Part shown: positions 1 through 12,675 of the stretch, piece by piece | Position numbering within the stretch: position 1 is the stretch's first letter | Layout of the letters: each line of letters begins with the position of its first letter | NCBI GenBank assembly: GCA_023213395.1 | Contig: CM041465.1 | Coordinates: forward strand, 218,681,741 to 218,745,740 | Reading direction: 5' to 3' | From: Cycas panzhihuaensis | Taxonomy: Eukaryota > Plantae > Cycadophyta | Length of the DNA: 64,000 bases | The notes under the pieces: generated by a model | Database searches by the model: none | The model's input: the letters and a program-made list of their open reading frames with translations, nothing else | What the model was told of the DNA's origin: nothing | Program-made: the position numbers and the translations under genes

Positions 1-1357
1 ATAATCTTTATCAACCTTTTTAAGAGCTAAAATATTAGAAATTTTAAATTTATAAATTAGATCATTCTTGTCATTAAGTTTTTATGCATATAGAAAAATA
101 TAACCAATTATCTTCACACTTGATATGTAAGAAAATGCAATAAAATCAATACTACATGCATGAGTTTATAAGAAGACTTAGAGAGTGCAAGATCAAATAG
201 AAATTTTAACCTTAAAAAGTGAAAGATCAGTTAACAATATAATGATAAGATTTGAAATCATTAAAAACATACCTAAAATATGTGAGATATGGCTCTTAGC
301 CCCTTTTTCGTGACTAAACCCCCTTACTGTGTGACCAGTAACTTGAAAATTTAAGTGTGAACTTAAAACACATTATAATTTATCCTAATTTCACCAAAAA
401 GCTTTACCAAAGTGAAAAATCAAATTATAAACAAGTCTACTTTAAAGAAATTTTTAACTGGTAGTTAAAATATATGCATATGCGACCTCGTGGAGGGACA
501 ATAAAAAAAATGGAGCAAATGTGAGGTTAAAACTTTAATCTAAAGGCTAGAGCAAATGTTTTTAAGGCCAATCTATGCATTCATAGTGAAAAATAAAGGA
601 AAAATAAATGATTTTTGTGAAAACTGATTAAAAAAAAGGGTTTCAAATGTTATCCACTTCCCTAATGTTTTGAGGAAAATTCATAGCAAAATAACTCGAT
701 TAAATGGTAGAAAATAATGTCAAATGGTCCTTGAATATATTTGCAACAATCCCGTAAGTAAGAAATTTGCAAGAATAATCTATTTTGAATGTCCAAGCTA
801 CCAAAAATACCACTATAGTAAAAATGATATACTTTCTCTAGAGAAAACCCTTATGAATTTGTTTAAAAGCTATAAAAATCATAAATCAAGCTCTATAATG
901 CAACAATAACATGTCAATTGACTAATATATATGAAGAAACTCAAAGAATTCTCATGTAAGGAACCATGGGCTATGATACCATGTTAAAAATATTGATGGA
1001 ACAAGATTGAAATCAGTAACAAAAAGAAAGCAATTAGCACACAAGAATTACAAAAAAATATTCTTATATTGGATCACAAAGAGTACAAATAACTCAATCT
1101 ACTCTCACACACCTTAATCAACCAATTTGATCAACTAAAAAGAGAAAGACTACTCCTCATTTTAATAAGGGTGCAGAGCAAAGAATAAAGCTGACAAAAG
1201 CTATAAAGCAAGGAAACAACAAGGAGCACCTTATCTTGCATGTGTGAGAGAAAAATAGTAATACACCTTTTAATAAAATTTATTAAATATGGTACAATTA
1301 TCCATTCGAGGAAAAGAATGTAAAATATACAATATAAAATATACATTATTTTTAACA
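1..1357 (-). mobile_element. 5' end of a decayed LTR retrotransposon, probably copia: 5' LTR 982-1357, tRNA-iMet PBS 970-981, internal part runs off the window
   Basis: LTR bounded by 11-bp inverted termini TGTTAAAAATA...TATTTTTAACA; adjacent TGGTATCATAGC (minus strand) is PBS-like. Confidence 0.65.
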
Positions 1358-3423
1358 ATTGTAACATGATTAATAAATCATTACCATAACATAAAATGAG
1401 GATCTCATCTTAGGAGCTAGCTAACTACAATTAAATTTTATTGTACAAAGAATATTACAATCATATTCGGTCCTATAAAGGGTCCAACAAAATAAGTACT
1501 AGTGAACATGCCATTTGTTTTAGTCTTACCACCATTACTTCTGTTTAATATATAAAGTTATCACTAATCATGATATGCATTTCATAAACATATTTACAAC
1601 TATTAGCATTGGAAATTTATACATTAAACCTAATTTTCATTATAGGTAATGATTTTTAGTCTATAAGTCTCAAATTAATATCTCATAAGGAGTAATAATA
1701 ATTATTAAAAGGCAATTAATAACTTAAGTACCTATGATGGTATAGATAATTACATTACCCTCTATTATTTATCATTAGTACATGTATTTAATTGGTATTA
1801 ATATTAAGTAGGCATGTAATACAAAGACTTACTATCATAATGGAGGAGTAACAAATTAATATTCTACAATGCTTAAAGTAATAACTTAGAAATAAGATTA
1901 TAATCTTAAAAGAAAATAAAAATAAAAATAAAAATTTGCATGTATGAATTCATATGTTCTACTACTATTCCAATGAACCAAGGGTGTATTTTTTGTGTTC
2001 CTACTTAGTGTCTATTTAGATAAATTAGAATATTACAACCCACAAATTTGTTCCTTTGGGTAAATATTTAAAAAGAATGAATTGGTATCTGCATCTCCAC
2101 CCTGATCAAACTTATAAATATTTTCCAAAAAGGATAATTTATATGGGGTAAACTTCTAAAGAAATATTTGAGGAATAAACTAATATTTGAAACTCTGATA
2201 AGCTTGAACCTATAAATATTTTTTGAAGTGCATATAGATAAATCTTAAGACATAAATCGTGGCTTTAGAATCAAATTTTAGGAACCTTACATCATGCACT
2301 TCTTATTAAATATGACCATTATATAACTACAATAATAATTAAAGAAAATAAATCATCATAAAATATATTTCTTTTGTCATTACTTTAGGCCCATAACCCA
2401 TAAATTTATGATCAACTCATAAATATTAATTCTAGAGTAATTTTGTATGGAGATAAATGATGGGTATTGATTGAAATCTAAGATCTACTAAGTTTTTCAA
2501 AGAGATGAGAAGTTACAAAATAATGTATTTTTTTTATATATAAAGAACAAATATGAAGGATCCTTATATAACTATAATTAAAATTATTGTATAAAATCCT
2601 TTGATTATGTTCAATCCATACTACTATAGAATTTGATTTTAATTTTTTATAATGAAATTACATGTAATAGTAAATGTAATGAGATTGCAATAATTTGAGA
2701 CCTTTTAATTAATGACCTCTTGATTTTTAATAGAGATAAAATGAAAGCAACTAAGGACAACTTGAAACTAATGAAAAAAGAAATGTATGTTGGATGAAAG
2801 GCTACAACTGTTCAAATTCAAGTTATGTAAATTACCCATGAGGAAGGAAAAAAAGGGATGAACATACATTGGAATCATGCAGCCTTAGTTGAGTTTCAAG
2901 TTAGAGGAATTCTAAAACCATGGTTAGATTCTTAAAGAGTTATTTGAGGTCCCTATAATATTAATTATTACAGGGATCAGGAGCTAGAAAATATTAGATC
3001 TAGTGGTGTTGAGAGTTTGATAATAGGCTAGTTTAGGCATAGTTCTATTTATTCTCTATCAGATCTTCCTCCTCTATATGATGGTAGTTACACCATATTT
3101 TTCATATATGTATCAAAAATGTATATTTAACAAAGCAATTTATATTTTATTTGAAAGGAATATAACATGCTAAAAATATATACTCTTCTTTTACATTTAC
3201 TTGTCTCTTTTACTTGAAAAAAATTATAACAAAATATAAAATAAATAAAGAACTGAATTTTCTATTTTACTTATAATTATTTGTTATGCCATATTGTTAA
3301 TTATTAAGAAAATATTATTGGGGGATTAGTATATTATAATTGTTTATTGACCATGATTATACATTTATGATACAAAGAAATAGAAGAAATTCTAAGGATA
3401 GTTGTAAGCAAGGGGAAAAGAAT

Positions 3424-4056
3424 TGTCACGTGTCTAAATCCCCTTCAACAAAAGAAATAGAGATCTAATTAATATAAATAATTAAGCCATTATTAATTAA
3501 GAGGTAATTAATACCCTTTTATGAAAGAATATAATAAAGGAAGGGTCACATCTCTTAGAAACCAAGTATAATATGCATACATTTAGAAAAGGAAGGAGGG
3601 AAGGACAATAAGCTTTAGGGAATCCTAAAGAGCAAGAAACTACAGAGGAGACCAATTATTGTATTGCTTGCCAAAGGAGCATTCAGATTTTATAGCACTA
3701 TGGGTGATGGGGAAAACCTCAATTCTAGTGTAGATAGCATCAAGGGTGAGGGGGAAAAGCCCTTCTCTAGCATTGATAGTGTTGTGGGCAAGGGGGAGAT
3801 GCCCAATTTGTTGTTAATAATACAAATGGCAAGGGAGGAAAGCCCTATTGATGTAAAAGTGTTGCGAGTGAAGGGGAAAAACTCAATTCAAAGTGCTAGT
3901 GTTGAGGGTGAGGTGGTTAAACCCTATTGCATGTGGATACTTGATGATTAGTTGAGTTCTTCTATTATAGTCAACCCAGTGCTAAACTCTTACAAATATA
4001 TATCTACATTGTGTCTCATAAATGATCTATCATGTAATATGAATAATATTATGACA
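3424..4056 (+). mobile_element. LTR, probably a 3' LTR of a decayed element
   Basis: TGTCA...TGACA termini; purine tract AAGGGGAAAAGAA immediately upstream (PPT-like); no TSD or partner LTR seen. Confidence 0.5.
3692..3930 (+). repeat. Degenerate tandem array of ~6 units of 39-42 bp inside the LTR
   Basis: Unit starts at 3692, 3734, 3776, 3817, 3856, 3896; core approximately ATAG-N6-GGGYRAgGGGGAAA-CCC. Confidence 0.75.
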
Positions 4057-5983
4057 TGATAATTAATAAAAAAACTACTACTTCATTTTATCATACATTA
4101 TGCTTGTTATATTTCTTTACTTTGATATGGATACATAATACAACATTGGTAATGCATGAAAAAGAATATATACAAAAGGAAACATATATAGTTATTATTC
4201 AAAATAGATTATTACCTATTACATTAATCTTTGGATAAACATACATTAGCCCATAAAAAAATGAAACTAAATTATATGCCTAAAAGAACATCATAGGTAA
4301 TAGATATCCCTATGCTTGTGTACAACCATATAACAAGGAGAAATAAAGGTAGTTCTAGCAATATAATCGACCAATAAAAACACTAAATGGATGTTGAAAT
4401 GTCATAAATTTTATTTGATACAAATGGTCAACAAAAATATCATCTCGTTGTGAATAGTCTTATGAAGTCTAAACCAAGTATTGATGTTAAGCAAAGATTA
4501 AGGATGAATAGATGTTAACTTTGACCAAACAATTTCCATATATAGTTTAGAAATGAAACACCAGTGTTTAGCATGGCAAGATAAACATGCAAGTTACACC
4601 TGACTCGAGAGGAAGTAGATGATATTAACAAAATGATTAATTTTCATCATGTGAAATATCAACACTAATATATATCACTTAACTACATAATAAATGGGCA
4701 ACTATACAAGTATTTCACATGAGCAAAAAGATGGACCAGGCATATATAGGAGATACAAGCATAGATGTCAAGTATAAATATGGCAAGTGACTAGTTAAGA
4801 GGCATATAAACAATGTTGATATGTTGAAAATTAAGACACCTAAGTCTAATAAGTTCAAACTTTCAACATGGCAATGCAATGCGGTTAAGTATATGGTTAA
4901 AGTGATGAGAGAGATGAAAAGACTAGATACAAAATATCTTTAGAAATCACATTGAAGGATGGGTACCAAGCAGGAGAACGTTAGATATAAGTATCGGGAA
5001 TGGCACTTCCATGAATATCACTCAAAGCATTCAATTTTATTCTCTTTTATTAAACAAGGAGGTTTAAATGTGCCCTTGGGGTCACTCCATCTGATGGTGA
5101 TTTCTCTCTCCTACTTTCAAATCTCCTACAATGATTAGTCTCAAATACTTAAATGTTAAGCCCTTAAATGAGCATCTCTAATCCTTATATTAATAGGAAG
5201 GTGAAGGAAATATAATAGAAGATAATGAGAAGAGAAGATAAAGAAATCAAAATGTTAATAGTTACTCACTAATTCTTTAGCAAACTAGAGACCAACTTTA
5301 CATTAATCAAGAAATGAATATTTATATAATATTTTTGTTTAGTGTGTTCATTTGATTCATTGAAAAATGAATCAATAAAGCCATCAACCATCCACCTGAT
5401 TACATATAATTAACCTTAAAATTTGTTCATTGATGTTCAATACATATAATCCCACTAAAAAGGGGTGTTATAAGGTTATGAAATAATACTAAAAGGGGGA
5501 GACTGACTCCTAAGGTCCTAGGAATTTAACATAAAAACCACTACATCAATAGATTTATTTAGCATATATCATTAGTGCATAGAGCATTCATGTCAACCAT
5601 GAAAAGGTCCAAGTAATCAAAATCTAGCCTCCACCTAAGACTCTTACCAATTCACTCAACTTGTTAGGGTCTATAAACTTTTATAAGAAGATCATTTGTA
5701 GTTATGTGAATATTGCTTATATTGTTCACACTCTCATTAAGAGCATAGTACCCTTTAGTTAGGGATGAACATAAGAAGCAACCTTCAAAAAATTAAAGGA
5801 TGCTTTATGCATAGCCCCCAATATTAGTACAACCAAATCTATAGTAGCCTTTAGAGGTTAAGACTAACAATTTGTAAATGGACATTAGAATAATACGTAA
5901 GAAGGGAGAACACCCTATAGCCTACTACTTAAAAACCTTATAAGTAAGACAAAGTTATAACACCTATGATAAGGAGTTATATA

Positions 5984-6272
5984 TGATGGAGCGCATCGAC
6001 AAAGCAGAGCGAATATAAGGTTGCCATGTCAAAAAATTAACAAAAGTCTAAAGTATCAGCAATATTCAAAAATAACTTTGGGTAGAAGACCACTTATTTA
6101 TGGCCAGATATTGGGAAGTAACCCCCATCAAAACAACGTTTTTTAATTTAAAAAAATAATAAAAAAATACATACCCATCGACTTGAATAGTTGGAGTCGG
6201 CTATGGCAGTCCTACAACATCATTAAGAGATATGCACATTTAATTAAAGTTAAATAACCATTAATTCCAATA
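5984..6272 (-). repeat. 3' LTR of copia A
   Basis: Direct repeat of 12387-12675, ~80% identity by hand count. Confidence 0.9.
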
Positions 6273-9200
6273 TTCTTCCCCATAATAGTCATTTCATACA
6301 ACTCCAAGCTTATCTCTAAATTTATAGAATTTAATTTTTCCAAGTGCCTTTGTAAATATATATGTTGTCTGATCTTATGTACTACAATAAACTATTTCAA
6401 GCTCACCTTCTTAAATAAGTTCTTGTATGAAGTGATGTTGTGTCTCAATGTGTTTAGTCCTTATATGGAATACTGAATTGCATGTCATCTGAATAGTACT
6501 CTGATTGCCACACCATATTTTAGTAGGGTCATCTTGTTTCATTTGGAGATCATGAAGGAAGCAATGTAGCCAAACCGTTTCATATGCACCTGCCACTGCT
6601 ACCTTATATTCTACTTCAACTGTGGACAAGGAGATGGTATTTTACTTCTTGGTACTCCATGCTATAAAGGCTAAATCCAAATTGAAAGTGTATCCAGATG
6701 TAGATTTTTTGTCATCAACATCACCTACCCAATCTGAATCTGTATACCTAATTAATCTAAAATTTGATGAAAGTTTATAATGTAACCCATAATCTATAGT
6801 GCCTTTTAGATACCTTAGAATTCGTTTAGTTGTTTACCAATGTGTAGTTTTGGGATCTTATATAAACCTTGATGCAACACTAATAGTATGCATAATATCT
6901 AGTCATGTTGAAGTCAAATAAATTAAGCTTTCAATCAATTATCTATACAATGTAGGATTAACAAGGGTTAAGTCATCAAGTTTAGACAATTTGATTTTAA
7001 CTTATGTCGGTGTGGTTAAAGCTTTCCATTCATTCATCTTGAACTTTTAGAGTAAGTCCAAAGTATATTTTCTTTAGGAAACAAAGATGCCATCATCTTG
7101 CCATACTAGTAATGTATTAGCCCTAAGTCTGTCATTTTGAATTCCTTGAACATATCATCTTTAAATTATTATAATAAATAGGAGTCATTTCCTATATAGA
7201 CCAAATCATTCACATAGAATCCCATAATTGATATAGAGTCTCCCTCAATTTTAATGTATAAGTTTGGATCCAATTGGGTTCTCTTGAATCCTTGATCTCT
7301 AAAGTACTTATCTATCCTAGAGTACCATGCTCTAGGTAATTGTTTCAATCCATAAAGTGTCTTTTTGAGTTTGTACACTTTGTTCTCTTCCTCCCTGACT
7401 TCAAAACCTTTTAGTTGTTAAACATATATCTCTTCTTTAATATAGCCATTAAAAAGTACTTTTGACGTCTATTTAGTAAATATCCCAACCATTTTAGGCT
7501 GTTAGACTTAGCACCATACGAACAGTATCCATTCTAGTAACAAGAGAAAAGGTTTCATTATAGTTGATGCCTTCTCCTTATGCATAGCCCTTCACAACAA
7601 GTTTTGTCTTATGTTTATCAATAAACCTATCAAATCTAAACTTGGTCTTATAGACCCATTTAGTTCCAATAGCTATCTTATCAGGTGGAAGATTAACAAG
7701 TCCTCATATTTCATTCTTCACTATAGAGTTATATTCCATAGCATTTCTCCATTCATCTTGAGTATTTTCCTCTTCAAAAGTATGAGGCTTATTGGCTTCC
7801 ATCACTTGACTTATGAGGGCAAAGTTAACTCATTTTGAACAAGTGGATCTCCTTTCAAAGTTATTGTCAAATATAGTACGTAAGTCGTGGCCTCTTTAAA
7901 CCTATTTAAGAAACCTTTAAGATTGAGTGGAGGTTCCCTCATTACTTGGCCTTAGATCTGGTCTAGGTGGCATATATGTAGACTTTAGAGATGAATCAAA
8001 ATTAATTATAATATTCTTGCCTTTATCTTAGTCAAAATTTAGTTGATAGTAGTCATCTTCCTTGAATATAATATCCCTGCTAACAATAACCTTCCTTTCC
8101 TTATTATCATATACCTTATACGATTTTGACACATTACTATATCTAATAAATATGTACGTTGTGCTCTTATCATCAAGTTTTATCCTTTTTTATTTTGGAA
8201 TTTGGGCAAAAGCTAAGCATTTAAATACTTTCAAGTGGTGAATGTTAGGTTTATGACCTATCCATGCTTCTTCTGGTGTCATCCACCTAAGGGATTTAAT
8301 GGTCTACCTGTTTAGGAGATATATTATAATATGGATGGCTTTTACCTAAAATTCATGTCCCGATTTCTTATCCTTAAGCATGCACTTAGCTATTTCAACT
8401 ATGATTCAGTTCTTATATTCAGCTACCACGTTTTGTTGTGGAGTGTAGGGGTTTGTATATTATTTTCTAATGTTATGGTAGGTCCAATAAGCATTGAACT
8501 CATTGAAAATAAACTCTCCCCTATTATCTAACCTTAAGAAAAGTATTTTGTGTCTACTTTACTTCTCCATAAAGGTTTTGAAGTCCAAAAAGCAGTGAAA
8601 TGTATTTGATTTAAATTTTAAAAAGTAGACCCATGTCTTCCTTATATAGTCATCAATAAAGGTGAGGAAATGTTTTGCTCCTACTAGTGATTGGATGTCT
8701 ATTAGACCACAAAGATCTATGTAAATTAATTGAAGTGGCCCCTTAGTTCTATAGCTTCCATCTAGAAAGCTCTCTCTATGTTGTTTGCCTAGGAGGCATC
8801 CCTCACATATGTCCTTATCAACTTCAATTTGGGGTAGACCTTCAACTATATTCATCTTTTCAATAAGGGCTAAGCTTCCATAGTTTAAGTGGTCAAATCT
8901 TTTATGCTACATATCACTATCAGTTTTAGTTGATGTCTTCAATGCATAACTATCTGAAGGGCGTATGACTAACTTGAAGAGTCTATCACTAGTCATCTTA
9001 CCTTTAGAAACAACTTTATTTTTCCTTTTATCCTTGATGGTAGACTCACCATTGTCAAATACAACCTTATAATCTTATTCTATTATCTATCCCATATATT
9101 GGAGATCCTTCTTGAGCGTTAGAACATGGAGGATATCATCAAGGTATTTGTTTTCTCTTGAGTCTATTGTGATGAAAATTTTACCTCTTCTACTAAATTC

Positions 9201-10740
9201 ATAAGATATATTATCACCAAACATGATTTTCCCTTTCAGGTTCTTGCCAATAGTTTGGAATATTTCTTCCTTGTGTGTCATATAGGTGGAGCATCTAGAA
9301 TCTATGTACCAATAATCTTCTTCTTTATTGGCAACAAGGCTTGATAAAAATAATTGATCATTTGTCATATTTTCAATGACCATATTAGCACTTCCTCTTA
9401 TTGGATGGTTATTTTTAGCAAAACATCTATCTTTTGTATGGCCAACCTTGTGATAATATATGCATTGGATAGGATCTCTTCCTCTTTAACTTAGGCTCCT
9501 ACTCCTAGGGATTTCTCTATCCATGGAGGGTGTCCTTCCCCTTTCTAAATATGGGCCTTGATTGTTGCCTTGTCTATTATTTGGATAATATGGATTGGGC
9601 CTTTGGAAATTACTTTGGCTTTAGCATTTGTGATAATATTGGCTAACTTCTTAATATCTTTTTTGGATTTGGTATCTATTTTGGCTTGGGTCTCTTTGAT
9701 TGGATCCTCAATGCCTTTAATGAGAAGCTTGGTATTTAGAATGTTGATCTTGGTATATATCTTGTCTTGAATTTCTATCTCAAATTTACTCCTTAGAGTT
9801 TAGAGTTTTGATGAGACTAGTCCTTCATAAATTAGTTGTAATGCATCCCATGCTTCTTTGAATTTTGTTGCCTCAATAACTCTTAGAAAAATATAAAAAG
9901 CACAAAAGATTAATGCTAGTGCTTCATTATCCTTTTTCACATATTCTTTGTAGACTTGCTTTTCTACTGAAATGGCATCCTCACTAACTTTTGTATATTC
10001 TGTTTTCACAATATCCCACGTGTCTTTAGCTATGAAGATGGATCTCATCCTCCTACTCCAATTTAAGAAATTTGAATCGTCAAACTTAGGGATAATCATA
10101 TTACCAAGGTTTATAGCCATTATGTTTTAAAAGATAAATGTATTCAAATGTCCCTTCCAAGGATAGTTAAAATGTGTATTATCTACCTAAAAGGTTTTTA
10201 ATCTATACTCTAAGTCTTTGGGTCTCCAATGGAGGCTTTCAGTTACTATCATATCTAGTGGCATCTGCCTAGAAGTAGTAAAACAAGGATTCAATATATT
10301 AGTACGTGAGCGCTATGCTCTATATACCTCAGCACATGGTTACTAAGAAGGTACAAGATCCCCTTGATCTATTGATTCACCTACACCAAACTTATATCTA
10401 GCGACAAATCTAGTGATGAAAGCTTTAATATCCAAGGCAATCATCCCCTAGGTCTAGCCTAGTCTTTGAACTCCAAAAGGATATGGTTCTCCACCTCGAC
10501 CTGTCATCGAATACACCTGATAGTCAATGGCTTTCTCAACAACTTAGAATCCACTAAAGACGTATGCAAGGTAGTAACTTCAGGGGTCCTAACTGTTTCT
10601 CTTATATGGCTAGAAAAAAAAGTTGTTCTTTTAAGATATTATCTTATTAATGTAAGAATTAATTTTAAATATGGTCTTGTTTACAAACAAATATTCTTTT
10701 TAATAACAATTGAAGAAATAATTTAAAAAATATAGCACAA

Positions 10741-10870
10741 AATGAAATAAAATAAGTTTTAAATGAAATAAAATGATCTTTAAGTGAACTAAAATGAGTT
10801 TTAAATGAAATAAAATGGGCTTTAAATAAGCTTTTAAATGAAATAGAATAAGCTTTAAATAAAATAAAAT
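10741..10870. repeat. ~21-bp AT-rich tandem repeat (AATGAAATAAAATRRGYTTTA, ~5-6 copies) in the copia A leader
   Basis: Directly visible periodicity. Confidence 0.7.
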
Positions 10871-12386
10871 TAAACTAAATAGCTTAAAGTAAAGTAAACT
10901 AAAGTTTAGAGTGCTCTTTATTTACAAAATATTGTCCAACTGTTTGCTTCCTTCTTAAAGGGCAAACCTACCGAAATTCAACCAAAAAACACATATAAGC
11001 TTTAAATTTTAAAGTAAATTTTACTAAAACATGTTAATATACCAATATAATATAAATATACTTCAGTAAATTTAATAAATTTCTTGAAAAATGATGTGAA
11101 AAGCTCAAACTAGGACTAAAAAGGAGGGCTGATTTTAGCAGCCTGAAAAACCTGCAAAATAGCTTCAAACTAGCATAAAAATAACTTTAGTGCGTAGATC
11201 TTTGAGTCAGTTTTCCAATGGTTCCAACCATTCAAAAACAAACTCCTGGTTAGGGAGATAATAAAAAAATAATACAGCCTACTACTTATGGCTAAAACTG
11301 AGAAAAAAGAGCCTATGCCCTTTTGGAACTAGAGCCCCTGGTCACTTAGTCACCTCACGTGACCTACCACTAGTCTACGAAGGGGGCTAGCAAACTTCAA
11401 ATAATATGAAATAAGGCTTAATCCTTCTAAATCCAAAATGATTAAAAAGAGTTTATAATAATTTAGAATCTGCCCTCAAAAAAATAGGAATGAGGTCACA
11501 TGGGGGCCAAATAAGACCAACTACTAAGATCAAAGGGCAGCTAAACCCCAAATTTTATCAAATAAAGTTAAATTTTTATAAACTTTATAAGAAATAAATC
11601 AAAAAATAAAATTTTAAATGTAAACAAAAATGTGGTGTCTGCATGCTCGTACAGACAAACAGATCGATAAAACTTGATATAAACTACTTCAAATCGCTTC
11701 TAGAATGGATCTGATCATAAACAGGGAAAAAACATATTAAAAAATGGTCGAAAAACTAGATTTTAGGTGCATAGAGGCATAGGAGGTTGCATGTTCATAC
11801 GGTGATCATACAGCCTAGATAGAGCTCAAACTCAGCCAAAGAAAAGCTCACACAGATAATTGGAGGTCTATGACACTATTGCAGGAGGGTACACTAAGAA
11901 AATAAAGTGATTTATTTATTTTTATGCAAAAGCCAATGGGGTTTTAGTAGGTCAGAGGAGTGAGCTGGCTTCTGGGAGCAATTTCTCAACACAGGGGTAA
12001 TGGTATTCAGAACCATCTGATCCAGAGCAAAGTAAACTTGATAAGGATTAAAACAAATGGTCAGTTGCCAAGGTTTCGTTCAACGATGAAGGTGCACCAA
12101 CCTACTAAAAATCAAAAACCTAAAAAATCTTTAAAATTAAACTAAGAAATAATTAAATAATGAAAAAACATTAAATGAAAATAAAACTGAGCCAGATTAC
12201 TACTGGGTTGTATCCACCTGTAAATATTATAAAAATTGTAAATATATTAAGTATATTGAGTGCACGAGCCAATATCACAAGTATATGTATAATATTTGAA
12301 TGTAAACTATATAAAACTATTGAAAATATAATCAAATATTTGAAATATAAGCTTGTCGTAATACGTGATGTTGCTCTAATACCAAA

Positions 12387-12675
12387 TGATGGAGCGTGGA
12401 GACAAAACAGAGTGATTATAAGGTTGCCATGTTGAAATTTTAACAAAATTCTAAAGTATCAATGATGTTCAGAAATATCTTTGAGTCATAAACCACTTAT
12501 TTATAGCCAAGACATTGAGAGGTAACCCACCATCAAACCGATGTTTTCGAATTCAAAACATAATAAAAAATGCATACCTATTAATTCGAACAGTTAGAGT
12601 CAACTATGGCGGTCATATAGCGTCATTAAGAGATGTGCACATTTAATTAAAGCGAAATGACCATTAATTCTAACA
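12387..12675 (-). repeat. 5' LTR of copia A
   Basis: TG...CA termini, adjacent PBS. Confidence 0.9.

Larger units (their letters stand above)
5984..12675 (-). mobile_element. Copia A: near full-length decayed Ty1/copia element (6.7 kb)
   Basis: 289-bp LTRs at 5984-6272 and 12387-12675; PBS TGGTATTAGAGC at 12384-12373; PPT next to the 3' LTR; TSD ATATA/ATATG; gag (10120 MAINLG..PKFDDSNFLNW), Zn knuckle, PR (WYIDSRCSTYMT), IN (CEGCLLGKQHR..DLCG), RT (YKLKKTLYGLKQ), RH (TKHIETQHHFI). Confidence 0.93.

Noticed and set aside
1400-3420. Possible decayed retroelement internal region upstream of the 3424 LTR
   Set aside because: No convincing protein motif could be read; left unannotated
3692-3930. 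CRISPR-like repeat-spacer appearance
   Set aside because: Eukaryotic LTR context, degenerate repeats, related inter-core sequences, no cas genes
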